Of a stretch of 64,000 nt of DNA, positions 13,351 to 27,665 are shown piece by piece. Every line of letters begins with the position of its first letter. Positions within the stretch are counted from its first letter, which is position 1. The DNA is from Octopus vulgaris (lineage: Eukaryota): positions 13,392,001 through 13,456,000 of the forward strand of contig OX597833.1 of NCBI GenBank assembly GCA_951406725.2, written 5' to 3'. The notes below the pieces were generated by a model. That model did not search any database. It was not told the origin of the DNA and saw nothing but the letters and a program-made list of their open reading frames with translations. A program made the position numbers and the translations under genes.

Positions 13351-13651
13351 GTGGAGGTGCATGGCCCAGTGGTTAGAACAGCGGATTCGCTGTCGAGGGA
13401 TCGCGGGTTCGAATCTTAGCCCGGGCGATGTGTGTGTTTATGAGCGGAACACCTAAGCTCCATGCGGCTCCGGCAGAAAGTAATGGCGAAATTCTGCTGA
13501 CTCTTTCGCCACAACTTTTTCTCACTCTTTCCTCCTGCATTTTGCAGCTCACCTGCGACAGACCGGTGTCCCGTCCAGGTGGGGAACCTATACGCCAAGG
13601 AAACCGGGAAACCGGCCCTAATGAGACAGGCATGGCTTGAGAAGGAACAAA
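13351..13651 (+). mobile_element. tRNA-derived SINE family D with 13-bp TSD
   Basis: A and B boxes TGGCCCAGTGG and GGTTCGAATC. TSD CATATTCGTCAAA at 13338-13350 and 13652-13664. Second copy at 52869-53160. Confidence 0.9.
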
Positions 13652-14059
13652 CATATTCGTCAAAAACATTATCTTTGATTGCTATAGTAATTCAAGCTTA
13701 CCGCTAACCAGCGTGTGTGTTCAGTATCGATGGTATTGCCATTTGAATGAGAGCACAATACAAGGTTCGCATGGCAATCGGAGGTCGCCATTTTGAATGG
13801 CAACATTTGCTAACCTGACTGCATAGGCAAGGTGAGCTCTGATTGGCTGTATACAAATATATTCACTTCTGGGGTGCGGAACTCTTGTCAGAAAAAAAAT
13901 TTCGCTTCCCGGACATGTACTTTGGAGCGGCATTCTCTAGGTGCAATCCCGTCCTGATACCTACATACATACATACATTCATACATACATACATACATAC
14001 ATACATACATACATACATACATACATACATACGTACGTACGTATGTACATAACATAAAA

Positions 14060-14520
14060 ATGAAGAACAGTGAAAAAAAGACTACCTTCGTTGAACTATT
14101 GAGAAATCTGCAGCTATTCGATCTAGATTACAAGTTCAGCTTTATACCTGTAATTATTTGGGCCCTGGGATATGTAACACACTGCCTAAATACCAACCTT
14201 GAGAAATTAAGCTTCTCAAAACCAGAATGGAGAAAGCTGATTCGAAGACAACAGATCCAAGCCATCACAAGAACCGTAAAAATCTGTAAAACTTTCCAGA
14301 AGTTTATCATTTAAATATATATGAGTATGTCTAGATATGCAAGTATATGCATGAGAATACATAATTAAAACAAAACATACACATCTGCATGTATACATAC
14401 ATACATACATACAGAAATACCCTGTTGATGTTGACATTCCAATGAAGGAGCCTTGGATCTAGGTTAAAAACCGGTTCTTTCTCTATTGGCAAGAAATCTT
14501 GAAATAAAACTCAGTAAGGA
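14060..14520 (+). mobile_element. 3' fragment of an RLE-type non-LTR retrotransposon (R4/Dong-like)
   Basis: EKKTTFVELLRNLQL...YKFSFIPVIIWALG, the C-terminal restriction-like endonuclease region, plus 3' UTR. Flanked by (CATA)n. Confidence 0.75.
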
Positions 14521-14727
14521 CATCCATACACATATACATAGTTGATAACAGCGAAACTGCCATGAAAGAAGTTTATTTTTGGTGTTTGAGATAATCTTAC
14601 GACTTGTGAGAACATTTTAGAAACTGTAACCAGAAGCCTGACCTTGTTGCCTGGAAGAGAACCGCAAGCTACCTTGCTAACAATAGGCGTGTGTAAAACC
14701 GTTGTGAATTTTTCAGGTATGTTCTCA

Positions 14728-14783
<56 letters not shown>

Positions 14784-15221
14784 CAAGCGCGTGCGCACAT
14801 GACATACATTAGCATGGATTTTAGTCACTCGTCATTGGAGGTGACTTCTCTAGGGCTAAAAATAATTACTTAAATTTATTCCGATTCCATTCGATGTCTA
14901 GGTACTTTGGTTTCAATTCCAGCTTGCGGCACTTCTGGTTGGAGTCTTTTACTGTGGCCGTCAAGTGGTTCCCAAGAAGATTCAGCGTAACACAGAAAGC
15001 GACAAGGTTGGCCCATCGGAATAGAGGTACAACTCATTTTTGCCAACTGAACGGAGTGAAGCAACGTGGAAAGCAAAACAAAATTGTGTGTGACTCAAGG
15101 ATAGAAGGGGCCGTCGGGTATCGAAATCACAACATTGCGATCGTGAGCCGTATACCCTTAACCACTAAGCCACGACCTTCACTAGTCCTCTGAACAACAC
15201 TACACTATCCGACATAATAAT

Positions 15222-16610
15222 CATTTCTGTTCTAGGCACAAGGCCTGAAATTTGGGGGGAGGGGGACAGTCGATTAGATCTAACCAGTACGCAATTGGTA
15301 CTTAATTTATCGATCATGAAAGGATGAAAGGCAAAGTCGACCTCGGCGGAATTTGAGCTCAGAGCATAAAAGATTGAAGAAATACCGCCAAGCATTTCAC
15401 CCGTGTGGTAGCGTTTCTGCCAGCTCGCCGCCTTTTATACGTATTGTATATTCTTTTCTACTCAGGGCACAAAGCCAGGCTCGAAATGTTTAAGGAGGGG
15501 ACCAGTTGATTAGATCGACCCTAGTACGCAACTGGTACTTAATTAATCGACCCTGAAAGGATGAAAGGCAAAGTCCACCTCGGCGGAATTTGAACTCAGA
15601 ACGTAAAGACAAAAGAAATACCTATTTCTTTACTACCCACAAGGGGCTAAACACAGAGGGGACAAACAAGGACAGCCAAACGGATCAAGTCGATTACATC
15701 GACCCCAGTGCGTAACTGGTACTTATTTAATCGACCCCGAAAGGATGACAGGCAAAGTCGAATTTGAACTCAGAACGTAACGGCAGACGAAATACCTATT
15801 TCTATTTCTTTACTACCCACAAGGGACTAAACACAGAGGAGACAAACAAGAACAGACAGACAGATTACGTCGATCCCAGGGCGTAACTGGTACTTAATTT
15901 ATCAATCCCGAAAGGATGAAAGGCAAAGTCGACCTCAGCGGAATTTGAACTCAGAACGTAAAGACAGACGAAATACCTATTTCTTTACTACCCACAAGGG
16001 GCTAAACACAGAGAGGACAAACAAGGACAGACAAAGGGATTAAGTCGATTACGTCGATCCCAGTGCGTAACTGGTACTTTTTTAATCGACCCCGAAAGGA
16101 TGAAAGGCAAAGTCGACCTCGGCGGAATTAGAGCTCAGAACGTAGCGGCAGACGAAATACCACAAAGCATTTCGCCCGGCGTGCTAACGTTTATTTCTTT
16201 TTACTGCCCACAAGGGGCTACACACAGAGGGGACAAACAAGGACAGACAAAGGGATTAAGTCGATTACATCGACTCCAGTGCGTAACTGGTACTTAATTT
16301 ATCGACCCCGAAAGGATGAAAGGCAAAGTCGACCTCGGAGGAATTTGAACTCAGAACGTAACGGCAGACGAAATACTCATTTCTTTACTGCCCACAAGAG
16401 GCTAAACACAAAGAGGACAAACAATGACAGACAAAGGGATTAAGTCGATTACATCGACCCCAGTGCGTAACTGGTACTTTTTTAATCGACCCCGAAAGGA
16501 TGAAAGGCAAAGTCGACCTCGGCGGAATTAGAACTCGGAAAGTAGCGGCAGACGAAATACCGCTAAGCATTTCGCCCGGCGTGCTAACGATTCTGCCAAG
16601 CTCGCCGCCT
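15222..16610 (-). mobile_element. SINE family B heptameric head-to-tail array (~180-bp units)
   Basis: Seven copies of the CTGGTACTTAATTTATCGACCCCGAAAGGATGAAAGGCAAAGTCGACCTCGGCGGAATTTGAACTCAG consensus. Imperfect 18-bp flanking duplication at 15204-15221 and 16612-16629. The central segment resembles the Meta-SINE domain (from memory). Confidence 0.9.
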
Positions 16611-17079
16611 TACTGTCCGATATAATAATAATACAACACTGTACCCACACACATACACTCGCAACACTATCTGACAGATCACTACTCCACGTTACATAAT
16701 TCCAAAACAGTAAAAACCCGTAAGATAAACAAAATCATATCTGAAGATACTAGCAGAGGTGCATCTGATGAAGGAATTGTTCATAGTTGGCTGACAGGAT
16801 AAACATCCCTACTTTACCGCAGTAGGGGCCGATTCCATCATACAAGATATGGTGCATGGTTTGGTAGGTTTATAGGCTGGATAAGGAGGCGGTTAGTGGA
16901 AGGGCTGGTTGGGGAATTAGATAAATACGTGGTAAAAGTGTCGATGCGTAGGTTGGCAGGTAGACATGGAGGGAGTTATGCATGTAAATAACTATGGGAG
17001 TGTGTGCGCATGCGTATATGTAGGGCGGTGGGGGTTTGTGGGTGTGTATATATGTGTGTGTAGATAGGTAGGTAGGTAA

Positions 17080-17414
17080 GTGTATGCATGTATTTATACA
17101 GGTAGATACGTGCTTAGTGTGTGTATGTGTATATATATGTATGTATATACGTATGTATGTACGTATGTATGTATATATATGCATGTATATATGTATGTAT
17201 ATTTGTATATATGTACGTATGTACGTATTTATATATGTATGTATATATGTATATATGTATGTATATATGTATATATGTATATATGTATGTATGTACTTAA
17301 GTATGTACGTATGTACATATGTATGTATACATGTATATACGTATGTACGTATGTATGCATATATGCATGCATTCATGTATGTATGCACGTATGTACCTCC
17401 TTATATATGTATGT

Positions 17415-17466
<52 letters not shown>

Positions 17467-18243
17467 TGTACGTATTTATATATGTACGTATATATGTATA
17501 TATATGTATGTATATATGTATGTATGCATGTACATATGTACGTATGTACGTATGTATGTATGCATGTATGCATGTATGTATGTATATATGTGTGTATGTA
17601 TGTATGTATGTATGTATGTATGTATGTATATATGTGTGTATGTATGTATGTATGTATATATGTGTGTATGTATGTATGTATGTATTTATATATGAGTTTA
17701 TGTATGTATGTAACGTAAGAAATTTAGTTCGCATATGTGTGTATGCATACATGCAAATATGTATGTTTGTCTGCCTGTCAGTATGTATGCTTGTATGTAT
17801 GTATGTATGTATGTATGTATGTATGTATGTATGTATGTATGTATGTATGCTTGTATGTATGTATGTATGTATGTATGTTTGTCTGCCTGTCAGTATGTAT
17901 GCGTGTATGTATGTATGTATGTATGTATGTATGTATGTATGTATGTATGTATGTATGTATGTGTGTGTGTATGTATGTATGTATGTATGTATGTATGTAT
18001 GTATGTATGTATGTATGTGTGTGTGTATGTATGTATGTATATATGTATGTATTATTAGGTTGTTGATTCGTTGGAAGGGAGGTATGTATATGTATGTAAA
18101 TAGGTGGGTGTGTGTGTGTATATGTTTGTGTGTATGTAGTTGTTACGTAGGTAACTATTATGAAATATGCCTGTGTGTATGTGTTTGTGTATGTTTGCAT
18201 AAGTATATATTTGTGTGTTTTGGGTGTATATTTTTATATAAGT

Positions 18244-18296
<53 letters not shown>

Positions 18297-18310
18297 TGTG
18301 TGTCTGCGTG
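17080..18310. repeat. (TATG)n/(TA)n/(TG)n compound tract
   Basis: Directly visible. Confidence 0.95.
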
Positions 18311-19039
18311 TAGATTAGGTTAAGCAGTTTCACGGCAGAAACTCTTGAATGGTTGAATTATTTGCAAATATCAGCAAATATCACATTCATGATGACGATA
18401 TCATCTCCATCAACAGCGACAGACCGTTGGATATAAGCGCCTTGTAGCGTTCGTTCATGCTCTCTTCGCTGCGAGTTCAAATCTTGCCAAGGTCAACTCT
18501 ACCATTCATATTCATCGTTTCAAGCTCTCCCCAATACTAAAAGCAATTCTTCCTCCCTCACTCTCTACCGCTCTCCCACTTCCTCCTTTCTCTCTCTTTC
18601 TATTCTCTCACCTTTCCTGAACTGATAGACTACGTTTAGATCTGGAGAGAAGGGACGTCCTCTGCATGATTTCAAATGTCAAAGTCACGCCCTATGTCGC
18701 GCCAAATCCTCTAAGAGACCAGTAGGACACTGGAAGCTCAAGATGGAAAGGAATTATCTCCCTTGCAAACGTGTATCTTTGCGCCATAGTTGGATGATGT
18801 CGTTAGCCACGTCGTATGGAAAAGGACAAAATGTATTCAACCTGAAATTCGTCCACCGTACTTCTTTACTAAGGAAGATCGTGCGGTGTGCGAAGGCGAT
18901 GCCCGAAAACGAAGATACTACACTACGTAGACGATACGCTATACTGCACTTCAGATAAATATATTTAAGTGGCCACACTTAAGTAACTGAAACAAGTAAC
19001 AGAGTAAAAGGGTAATACATACATACATACATACATACA

Positions 19040-19073
<34 letters not shown>

Positions 19074-19182
19074 CATATATGTATATATATATCGAGCAAG
19101 CATATTTCGTTGCTCCATCACCACTGTAGAAATATATATATATGCATGCGACTGCGGCCTTCCATATATATCCATGTCATAT

Positions 19183-19236
<54 letters not shown>

Positions 19237-19311
19237 TAGGGACAACAAATATATATCACATGACTGAAACAAGTAAAACAATAATAAAATCTGTGCCATT
19301 ATCACAACCTA

Positions 19312-19351
<40 letters not shown>

Positions 19352-19656
19352 GTTTGTGTGTGTGTGTGTGTGTATAGATAGATAAATATATGTGTGTGTG
19401 TGTGTGTATATATGTGTGTATATAGATAGATAGAGATAGCGATATAGATATATATACATACATACATATATATATATACATATATACATATATTATATAT
19501 GGCGTTGCTGGGATCTTTGGCGCTATGCAGTGTCGTCCCGTTCTGGCATTGGTGTAGCTTTCAATGCCAAAATTTGGCACAATTCCTTCCAGGATATTCC
19601 AGATGTATATTTCTGCATACCTCTCTCCAGGGGGGAAGAGTGTTAGCTGTTCCAGC

Positions 19657-19690
<34 letters not shown>

Positions 19691-19703
19691 AGTCATAAAT
19701 ATT

Positions 19704-19779
<76 letters not shown>

Positions 19780-19959
19780 CATAGTGAAACTAACAGAGAT
19801 GAAACATATATATATACAAAGAGAAATTTTAATAGTGAAATTATTAAAAGTTAAAGTATTATCTCACATTAAAATAGATATGTTATTGTTTCACTTTTGA
19901 CATGTAATACTGAATAGTATAAGAGATAAGACATTGCGCCGGGCTCGTATAAGGCAAGA

Positions 19960-20105
19960 AGATGAACATTTTTTGGGCCCATGTCACTGCATGCACCTTG
20001 AGTAAGGCATGTGTAAAATTTAAATGAAATCGGTTGGGTTGTTCTCGAGTTTTAGTAATGCACACATACATACAGACAGGCAGACATTCTCAGTTTTATA
20101 TACAC
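19960..20105. mobile_element. Possible non-autonomous Helitron/Helentron-like fragment
   Basis: AAAATTTAAATGAAATCGGTTGGGTTGTTCTCGAGTT..ACAGACAGGCAGACATT..TATATA resembles HINE/DINE-type ends. Confidence 0.35.
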
Positions 20106-20238
20106 TACACACAGACGCTCATCTATATCTATATATGTACGTGTATATCTATATCTCTGTATATATATATATTCATGCATACGTATACACATATATGAAC
20201 ATATATGTATACATGCATGTATATATAAACATATGTAC

Positions 20239-20294
<56 letters not shown>

Positions 20295-20339
20295 ATATAT
20301 ATGTATTTTTGTATACATATATACACACACACACACATG

Positions 20340-20407
<68 letters not shown>

Positions 20408-20885
20408 TATACATATATAATTTCTCGGAGTATAATTGAAACAGCTGTAAGGGATAATGACTGATTTGTTGCTGACAATAAATTCTTATTAACTTCAATA
20501 TCTCCACTTGCTTCTTCATTTACATGAATATAAACTATGGCTTATATACAACCCTATTATTTTATGAATATCAATTCCTCCCAACCCCCTCCCCCAAATA
20601 CTAGGTATTGAACCTAAAGCAACATGGCTTCAAAGTAAGCTTCTTAACCACAGAGCTATTGTTTTATTCTTTTCACGCATACAGCTGACGTCATCCTGAG
20701 TACATTTAGTTTTGTAATTTGTTTGTTATCCACTGACGTCACCATTAGTTGAATACTGCGTTCTTTTGTATGAGTTTATGTACCGGAAATATTTCATATA
20801 TTCAAATCAAACATCACTAATTTTTGATCCCTTTGATAACGTTGCGTCAATATATATTTTTGGAAATATTATTTACTTTAACGAT

Positions 20886-20971
<86 letters not shown>

Positions 20972-20973
<2 letters not shown>

Positions 20974-21134
20974 CGCAGGAGTGGCTGTGTGGTAAGTAGC
21001 TTGCTTACCAACCACATGGTTCCGGGTTCAGTCCACTGCGTGGCATCTTGGGCAAGTGTCTTCTGCTATAGCCTCGGGCCGACCAAAGCCTTGTGAGTGG
21101 ATTTGGTAGACGGAAACTGAAAAGAAGCCCGTCG

Positions 21135-21195
<61 letters not shown>

Positions 21196-21405
21196 TTGTG
21201 CGTCTGTGTTTGTCCCCCTAGCATTGCTTGACAACCGATGCTGGTGTGTTTATGTCCCCGTCACTTAGCGGTTCGGCAAAAGAGACCGATAGAATAAGTA
21301 CTGGGCGTACAAAGAATAAGTCCCGGGGTCGAGTTGCTCGGCTAAAGGCGGTGCTCCAGCATGGCCGCAGTCAAATGACTGAAACAAGTAAAAGAGTAAA
21401 AGAGT
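20972..21405 (+). mobile_element. SINE family A
   Basis: Full consensus match to the 4906 copy. Confidence 0.92.
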
Positions 21406-21411
21406 ATATAT

Positions 21412-21607
21412 AGTTGACATTTACAGAAGACCAAAAGACGAAGACGGATGTATAAACAACAAGCAGGTGTATTAGTTTGATGCTCGGGGAGATGAGAAAG
21501 TCTTTTACGTTTCGAGCCTACGCTCTTCAACTGAAAGGAACACGAAGAAATAAACAGACAGAGAGAAACGAAAAAAACCCGTGGATTTACCGGTCAATTA
21601 TGGCGAA
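21412..21607 (-). mobile_element. F1 HHR element (HHR 21501-21538, core decayed to CAGUUGA)
   Basis: Reverse complement of 48301-48500, TA-flanked. Confidence 0.7.
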
Positions 21608-21911
21608 TATATATATATATGTATGTATGTAGTTGAATGAATTATCTTGTTATGGATAATTCGGTTAACCGATACCTGGGTAGCAAATTCACATCAGAGA
21701 AGACACGGTTGAAGTTACGTGCTTTCGTGTGGAAATTTGTATGTTTTTTTAAAAATATAAATATATGAAAGAATGGAGTTGAACGACGAATTATGTATGT
21801 ATGTATGCATATATATGTTATATATATGTTATATGCATATATGTTATATATGTTATTATATATATGTGTGTTTGTCTTGTTTATTGTATTAACATATAAA
21901 CACACACACAA

Positions 21912-22015
<104 letters not shown>

Positions 22016-22332
22016 GGAGCTGAGTTGCTTTATACCAGATCGTAAAGAAGCAAGAGACAATATGACTGCGAAGTGTCAATCAACTCCACCAAGAAAAAAA
22101 TCATGTTTATTGCTGATAATACCCCAAGTGAGACTAACCCCTAATCTAATCTGCACCCCAGATGAGATTACTGGCACAATTATTTATCTTCAACTATTAT
22201 TTCGGGAAATTTCTATTTCTGCAAGCAAACAGGATTTCGTTTCTTTTTTTCTTTTTCCTTTTTTTTTGGCACCAGGCATGAAGCCAACTATTATGGTTAT
22301 TACTGGTATCATTTATTACTGTTATTGTTTTT

Positions 22333-22415
22333 ATCATCATCATCATCATCATAATCATCATTATCATCATCATCGTCGTCTTCATCACTGCCTCCACCAC
22401 CATCGTCATCATCAT

Positions 22416-22448
<33 letters not shown>

Positions 22449-22523
22449 GTCACCATCATTATCACCGCCATCACCACCATCATCATCACCACCACCACCA
22501 CCACCATCATCACCATCATCATC

Positions 22524-22555
<32 letters not shown>

Positions 22556-22567
22556 CATCATCACCAT

Positions 22568-22599
<32 letters not shown>

Positions 22600-22678
22600 T
22601 CGTCACCATCATCATCATCATCATCATCACCACCACCATCATCATCATCATCATCATCATCATCACCATCACCATCAC

Positions 22679-22737
<59 letters not shown>

Positions 22738-22795
22738 CCATCATCATCACCACCACCATCATCATCATCATCATCACCATCATCATCACCACCAT

Positions 22796-22827
<32 letters not shown>

Positions 22828-22883
22828 TCATCGTCATCACCATCATCACCATCACCATCATCATCATCACCATCACCATCATC

Positions 22884-22915
<32 letters not shown>

Positions 22916-23003
22916 CACTATCACCACCACCACCACCACTACCACCACCACTACCACCACCACTACCACCACCAACACCATCATCATCATCATCATCATC
23001 ATC
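22333..23003. repeat. (ATC/ACC)n tract
   Basis: Directly visible. Confidence 0.95.
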
Positions 23004-23161
23004 ACTCATTCTTGTGACTCGGGTTTTTGTTGGAACCCCTAGAGTCTTGCTTGCGTAGCGACCTTTGATTACCTTCAGCCTATTATTATTGTTGTTCTTG
23101 TTGTTGCTATTATCATAATTATTATTATCATCATCATTATTATTATTATTACTATTACTAT

Positions 23162-23640
23162 TATTGTTATATTTCGGAATGGTCATTTTGCCAGTTTGGC
23201 CAATAAAAACACACGCACTATATATTTGGTGTTATTTTGCTTCAGTGTTATTTATTTTTTATATTAATCTTAATCTTATTTCGGCCAAAGTTCTTTCGTC
23301 ACACTCCTGTGTCCGCATCAGTGGTCCTTTATTTTTCATTTGTGTCTCACCTTACTAACCATCAGCCGGCTGACGGTTAGTAAGGTGAGACACAAATAAG
23401 GAAGAAGAAAACAAAGGACCACTGATGCGGTCACAGGAGTGTGACGAAAGAACTCTGGCCGAAATAAGATTAAGATTAATGTAAAAAAATAAATAACACT
23501 GAAGCAAAATAACACCAAATATATAGTGCGTGTGTTTTTATTGGCCAAACTGGCAAAATGATCATTCCGAAATATAACAATATCTGTTTCAACACACGAC
23601 TTCACATAAAAAAATCTTGCACAGCAAATATATAAACGTA
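23162..23640 (+). mobile_element. F4 HHR element: spacer-less fold-back centred at 23367/23368 plus ~55-nt tail, in (ATT)n
   Basis: Centre TCAGCC|GGCTGA, arms to 23162 and 23582. HHR at 23416-23460(+): CCA-CTGATGC-G-GTCAC aggagt GTGAC-GAAA-GAAC-TC-TGG, mirrored at 23283-23327. Confidence 0.75.
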
Positions 23641-23718
23641 TTACTACTATTATTATCATTATTATTATTACTATTACTATCATCATCATCATCATCATCA
23701 TCATCATTATCATCATTG

Positions 23719-23881
<163 letters not shown>

Positions 23882-23898
23882 CATTATTATTATTATTA

Positions 23899-23929
<31 letters not shown>

Positions 23930-24175
23930 CATTATTATTATTATTATTATTATCATTATTATTATTATTATTATTATTATCTTGCAGTTTGGACAGAAAC
24001 CGAAATGGTGCTTATGGCAGAAGGTAAGGATAAGATTTTACTCTCCGGATATTCCCAAGAGGACTTGGCAGCGTGAATAAAGTGAAACAACATCAAGCAG
24101 CCATTCGGAATTGAAACCGCTCTACACGTCACCGATGTTTACCTTTTACTTTCGCTTCAGCAATCACTACCAGTG

Positions 24176-24211
<36 letters not shown>

Positions 24212-24434
24212 ACCAACACAAATACACACAAACATATTTGAAATTTAGAAATATACGTTTGCGTTTGCGTTTGCGTGTGTGAGTGCATATATGTGTGTGT
24301 ATGTATAAGTATACATACATACATACATATATATTTATATATATATATATATATATATACATATATATATACATATATATATACATATATATATACATAT
24401 ATATATATATTCAGACATACATATATGTACACAA

Positions 24435-24473
<39 letters not shown>

Positions 24474-24627
24474 CTCACGCGCAAATATTTTTATACATAT
24501 ATACACACACACACGCACATATATATGTCTATATATATGCATGTATATATACATGTAGATGTAGGTACGTACATATATGTTTGTATGTATGCATATATTT
24601 TTTATTTATTACATATATATATATATA

Positions 24628-25165
24628 TAGAACATTATTGGTGAATTGAAGAAATGGAGCTGAACGCAGATTGAACAGAAATCGTTTTATTTCATTCTAC
24701 ACGTGTTTCGAAAGGCACAAATTACCAAAATCCGATGGAATAATGGGACCATATTGTGTCTTTCTCTTCAGGAAGAAAATAGGAAATCCGTTGGAAAAAC
24801 AAAAACAGAACAGAGGCGGAGCAAATCCGCCTCTGTTCTGTTTTTGTTTTTCCAACGGATTTCCTATTTTCTTCCTGAAGAGAAAGACACAATATGGTCC
24901 CATTATTCCATCGGATTTTGGTAATTTGTGCCTTTCGAAACACGTGTAGAATGAAATAAAACGATTTCTGTTCAATCTGCGTTCAGCTCCATTTCTTCAA
25001 TTCACCAATAATGTTCTAATTTCAATTATCCGCACCAACGCACGGTTGCAACACCATATGGTTGTACCTCCAACCGTGCTGTTTTACTGCTGTGATTTTT
25101 GCTACTAAGGTATCGGTTAAACTTTTGATTAATCTACTACAAGATTATTCATCTTTCTATTTCAC

Positions 25166-25168
<3 letters not shown>
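24628..25168 (+). mobile_element. F5 HHR element: 193-bp perfect inverted arms (24628-24820 and 24826-25018) plus 150-nt tail
   Basis: Mirror-image ORFs on both strands, 5-bp spacer GCAAA, TA-flanked. Homolog at 60392-61013. Confidence 0.85.
24865..24958 (+). ncRNA. Type I hammerhead ribozyme, core CUGAAGA, GUA site (mirror 24688-24781 minus)
   Basis: TTCTTC-CTGAAGA-GAAAGACACAA..TTGTGCCTTTC-GAAA-CACGTG-TA-GAATGAA. Long stem II and palindromic ACACGTGT stem III. Confidence 0.85.
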
Positions 25169-25208
<40 letters not shown>

Positions 25209-25805
25209 GCACACACACTTAGATATCAACGAAATCACATCTACACCACCATCAGCACCACCACCACCACCACCACCACCACCACCACCACCACCACCAC
25301 CACCTCCACCTCCACCAACTTTATTCTGTAACGTCTGTTTTTCTTTTCTTCCTAACTCTTCATCGACAAATCTCTAACTCGATTCATCCAATGGCAGTCG
25401 TACAAACAACATCTCTGTCTGTCAGGTAGATAGAATTTTCGAGCAATTTCTGTTATTTTTGCAAACTGATGCCACGTTGGAGATATTTCCCGAACTGACT
25501 GGAGCAGCCGACATATATATATATCCGTATTGTATGATGTCATCAAATTCCTGGGCAACACAAAGCGTCTTTGCTTCCTGCTTTCTTTCTATTTTCTTTC
25601 CTTCCTTTAGTTTTTTTTTTCCTTTTTATTTGTTTGTTTGTTTCTTTCTTTCTTTTTTTACTTTCCTTAACCCTGAAAAGAAATAAAATCCTCCCCACCC
25701 CCCACCCCAAAAGAAAAAAAATGAAAAGCAGAGGAACGATCACGTGACCGACTTGATTTTTGCGAGACAACAAAAATATTTATTTTGAATATGTATGTAT
25801 GTGTT

Positions 25806-25845
<40 letters not shown>

Positions 25846-26064
25846 TGTGTGCGTGCGTGTACGTGTGTGTGTGTGTGTGTCTGCGTGTGTTTCTGTGTGT
25901 GTTTCTGTGTGCTTCTGTGTGTGTATGTGCGTTTAATTTTGTGTGTATGTATTTGTGTTTTATGTGTATGTTTATGTGGAGGTGTGTGGGGACTTGTTTT
26001 GCACGCGCGTGTGTGTGTGTGTGTATGTGTGTGAGTGAGTGTGTGTGTGCATGCGCGTGCAAGG

Positions 26065-26775
26065 TACATCTGGATGAGCTGAGACATTCTTTAGTTCGCC
26101 AGTGATTCAAAGCTTGGTGTAGGGAATGGGTTCACCGGATGCTTCTATTCTTATTTCTTTACTGTCCACAAGGGGCTACACACAGAGGGGACAAACAAGG
26201 ACAGACAAACGGATTAAGTCGATTACATCGACCCCAGTGCGTAACTGGTAATTAATTTTTCAACTCCGAAAGGATGAAAGGCAAAGACGACCTCGGCGGA
26301 ATTTGAACTCAGAACGTAGCGACAGACGAAATACTGCTAAGCATTTTGTCCGACGTGCCAGCTCGCCGGATGGTTCTATTCTATCCACATCAAGGCACTT
26401 CGTCCAGGCGATCCAGCGGAGGTACATTCGGGCCCCAGCTTACATCAACAGCCCACAAACCAGCTCCCTAAATGAAAGCCGGTCAGAGGTTTTCTCTGCA
26501 GATTCACTCGAAAAATAAACGGCCCTCTCCTTTGCCGTCCTTGTAAGTTCAGTAGGTTAAGGGCATTTCAGAGTTATACAAAATCTCTGTGGCCCAATTC
26601 CATGTCTTTATAACGGGCTTTCCGAACTTTGTCCAAGCACTACTTCACTAGAATTTGGTATTTCATGCGTTTTCTCTCATTGGCTTTTCTAACACGCTCT
26701 TCTCAGGAGTTCTGCGTTAAAGCGCAATCATTTTTGTTGTTTCTGAGCTGATGGCCATCTTTGAATGTGACGCAC
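26065..26775 (-). pseudogene. Degraded 3' end of a HERO/R2-like RLE LINE, interrupted by a SINE
   Basis: Minus-strand translation fragments EERVRKANERKRMKYQILV and MELGHRDFV resemble the ELTVPWEE..A.ERK..KY..L..EVG.RGF motif. Confidence 0.5.
26152..26365 (-). mobile_element. SINE family B monomer with 17-bp TSD
   Basis: CCGGATG(C/G)TTCTATTCT at 26135-26151 and 26366-26382. Confidence 0.9.
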
Positions 26776-26876
26776 TAGAAAATTCATCCATCCATCCATC
26801 CATCCATCCATCCATACATACATACATACATACATACATAAAACACACACACACATATATATATAATACATGTATG

Positions 26877-26910
<34 letters not shown>

Positions 26911-27174
26911 TGTATGTATGTATGTATATTAGAAGGTTTGGAGATGAGGTACAGGTATTTTATATTAGAAGAAATGAGGTAATCAGAAATCCGGATGGTT
27001 TTATATTTACAGATATTTATTTGTATATCACATGTTTTTATACATCATATAACATATATCATATATCATATATTAACGCTTTCGCCCATTCTATGTATGT
27101 ATATATTTATATAATACATGTATGTATGTATGTATGTATGTATGTATGTATGTATGTATGTGGACCATATATAT

Positions 27175-27271
<97 letters not shown>

Positions 27272-27324
27272 CATGCAAAACCGTTTATCCAAGCATGTCC
27301 TTTTTCTCTCTCCATTGTTTTCTC

Positions 27325-27665
27325 TCGCTACGTTCTGAGTTCAAATTCCGCCGAGGTCGACTTTGCCTTTCATCCTTTCGGAGTCGATAAAATAAGTACC
27401 AGTTGCGCACTGGGGTGGATCTAATTGACTGGCCTCCTCCTACAATAAAAAAAAAAAAAAAAATTGGGCCTTGTACCTAGAGCAGAAAAATAAAGTATTT
27501 GGTCTGACTACATGTTCGGTGTTCAAATTCCAGCGAGGTCGACTTTGTCCGTCATCTTTTCGGGGTCGATAAATTAAGTACCAGTAAAACACTGAAGCCG
27601 ATCTAATCGGTTAGACCCCTCCCCACAAAATTTCAGGCCTTGAGCCGTTAGTAGAAAGGAATATT
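27325..27665 (+). mobile_element. SINE family B, two headless older units
   Basis: GTTCAAATTCC..GAGGTCGACTTTG..TCATC.TTTCGG.GTCGATAAA.TAAGTACCAG occurs twice. Confidence 0.75.

Noticed and set aside
15222-16610. CRISPR-like or tRNA-array reading of the ~180-bp tandem
   Set aside because: There are no unique spacers. The units are SINE bodies also dispersed elsewhere.
16781-16830. CTGATGAAGGA core-like sequence
   Set aside because: No downstream GAAA or stem III.
18620-18950. Possible mariner remnant or host exon
   Set aside because: No intact motif or splice-consistent ORF recognised.
19500-19660. TA-flanked island with small inverted repeat TGGCATTG/CAATGCCA
   Set aside because: Only a GAAA-GC-TA half motif on the minus strand, with no core.
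24671-24975. Paired 92-aa ORFs on opposite strands
   Set aside because: By-product of the palindrome.
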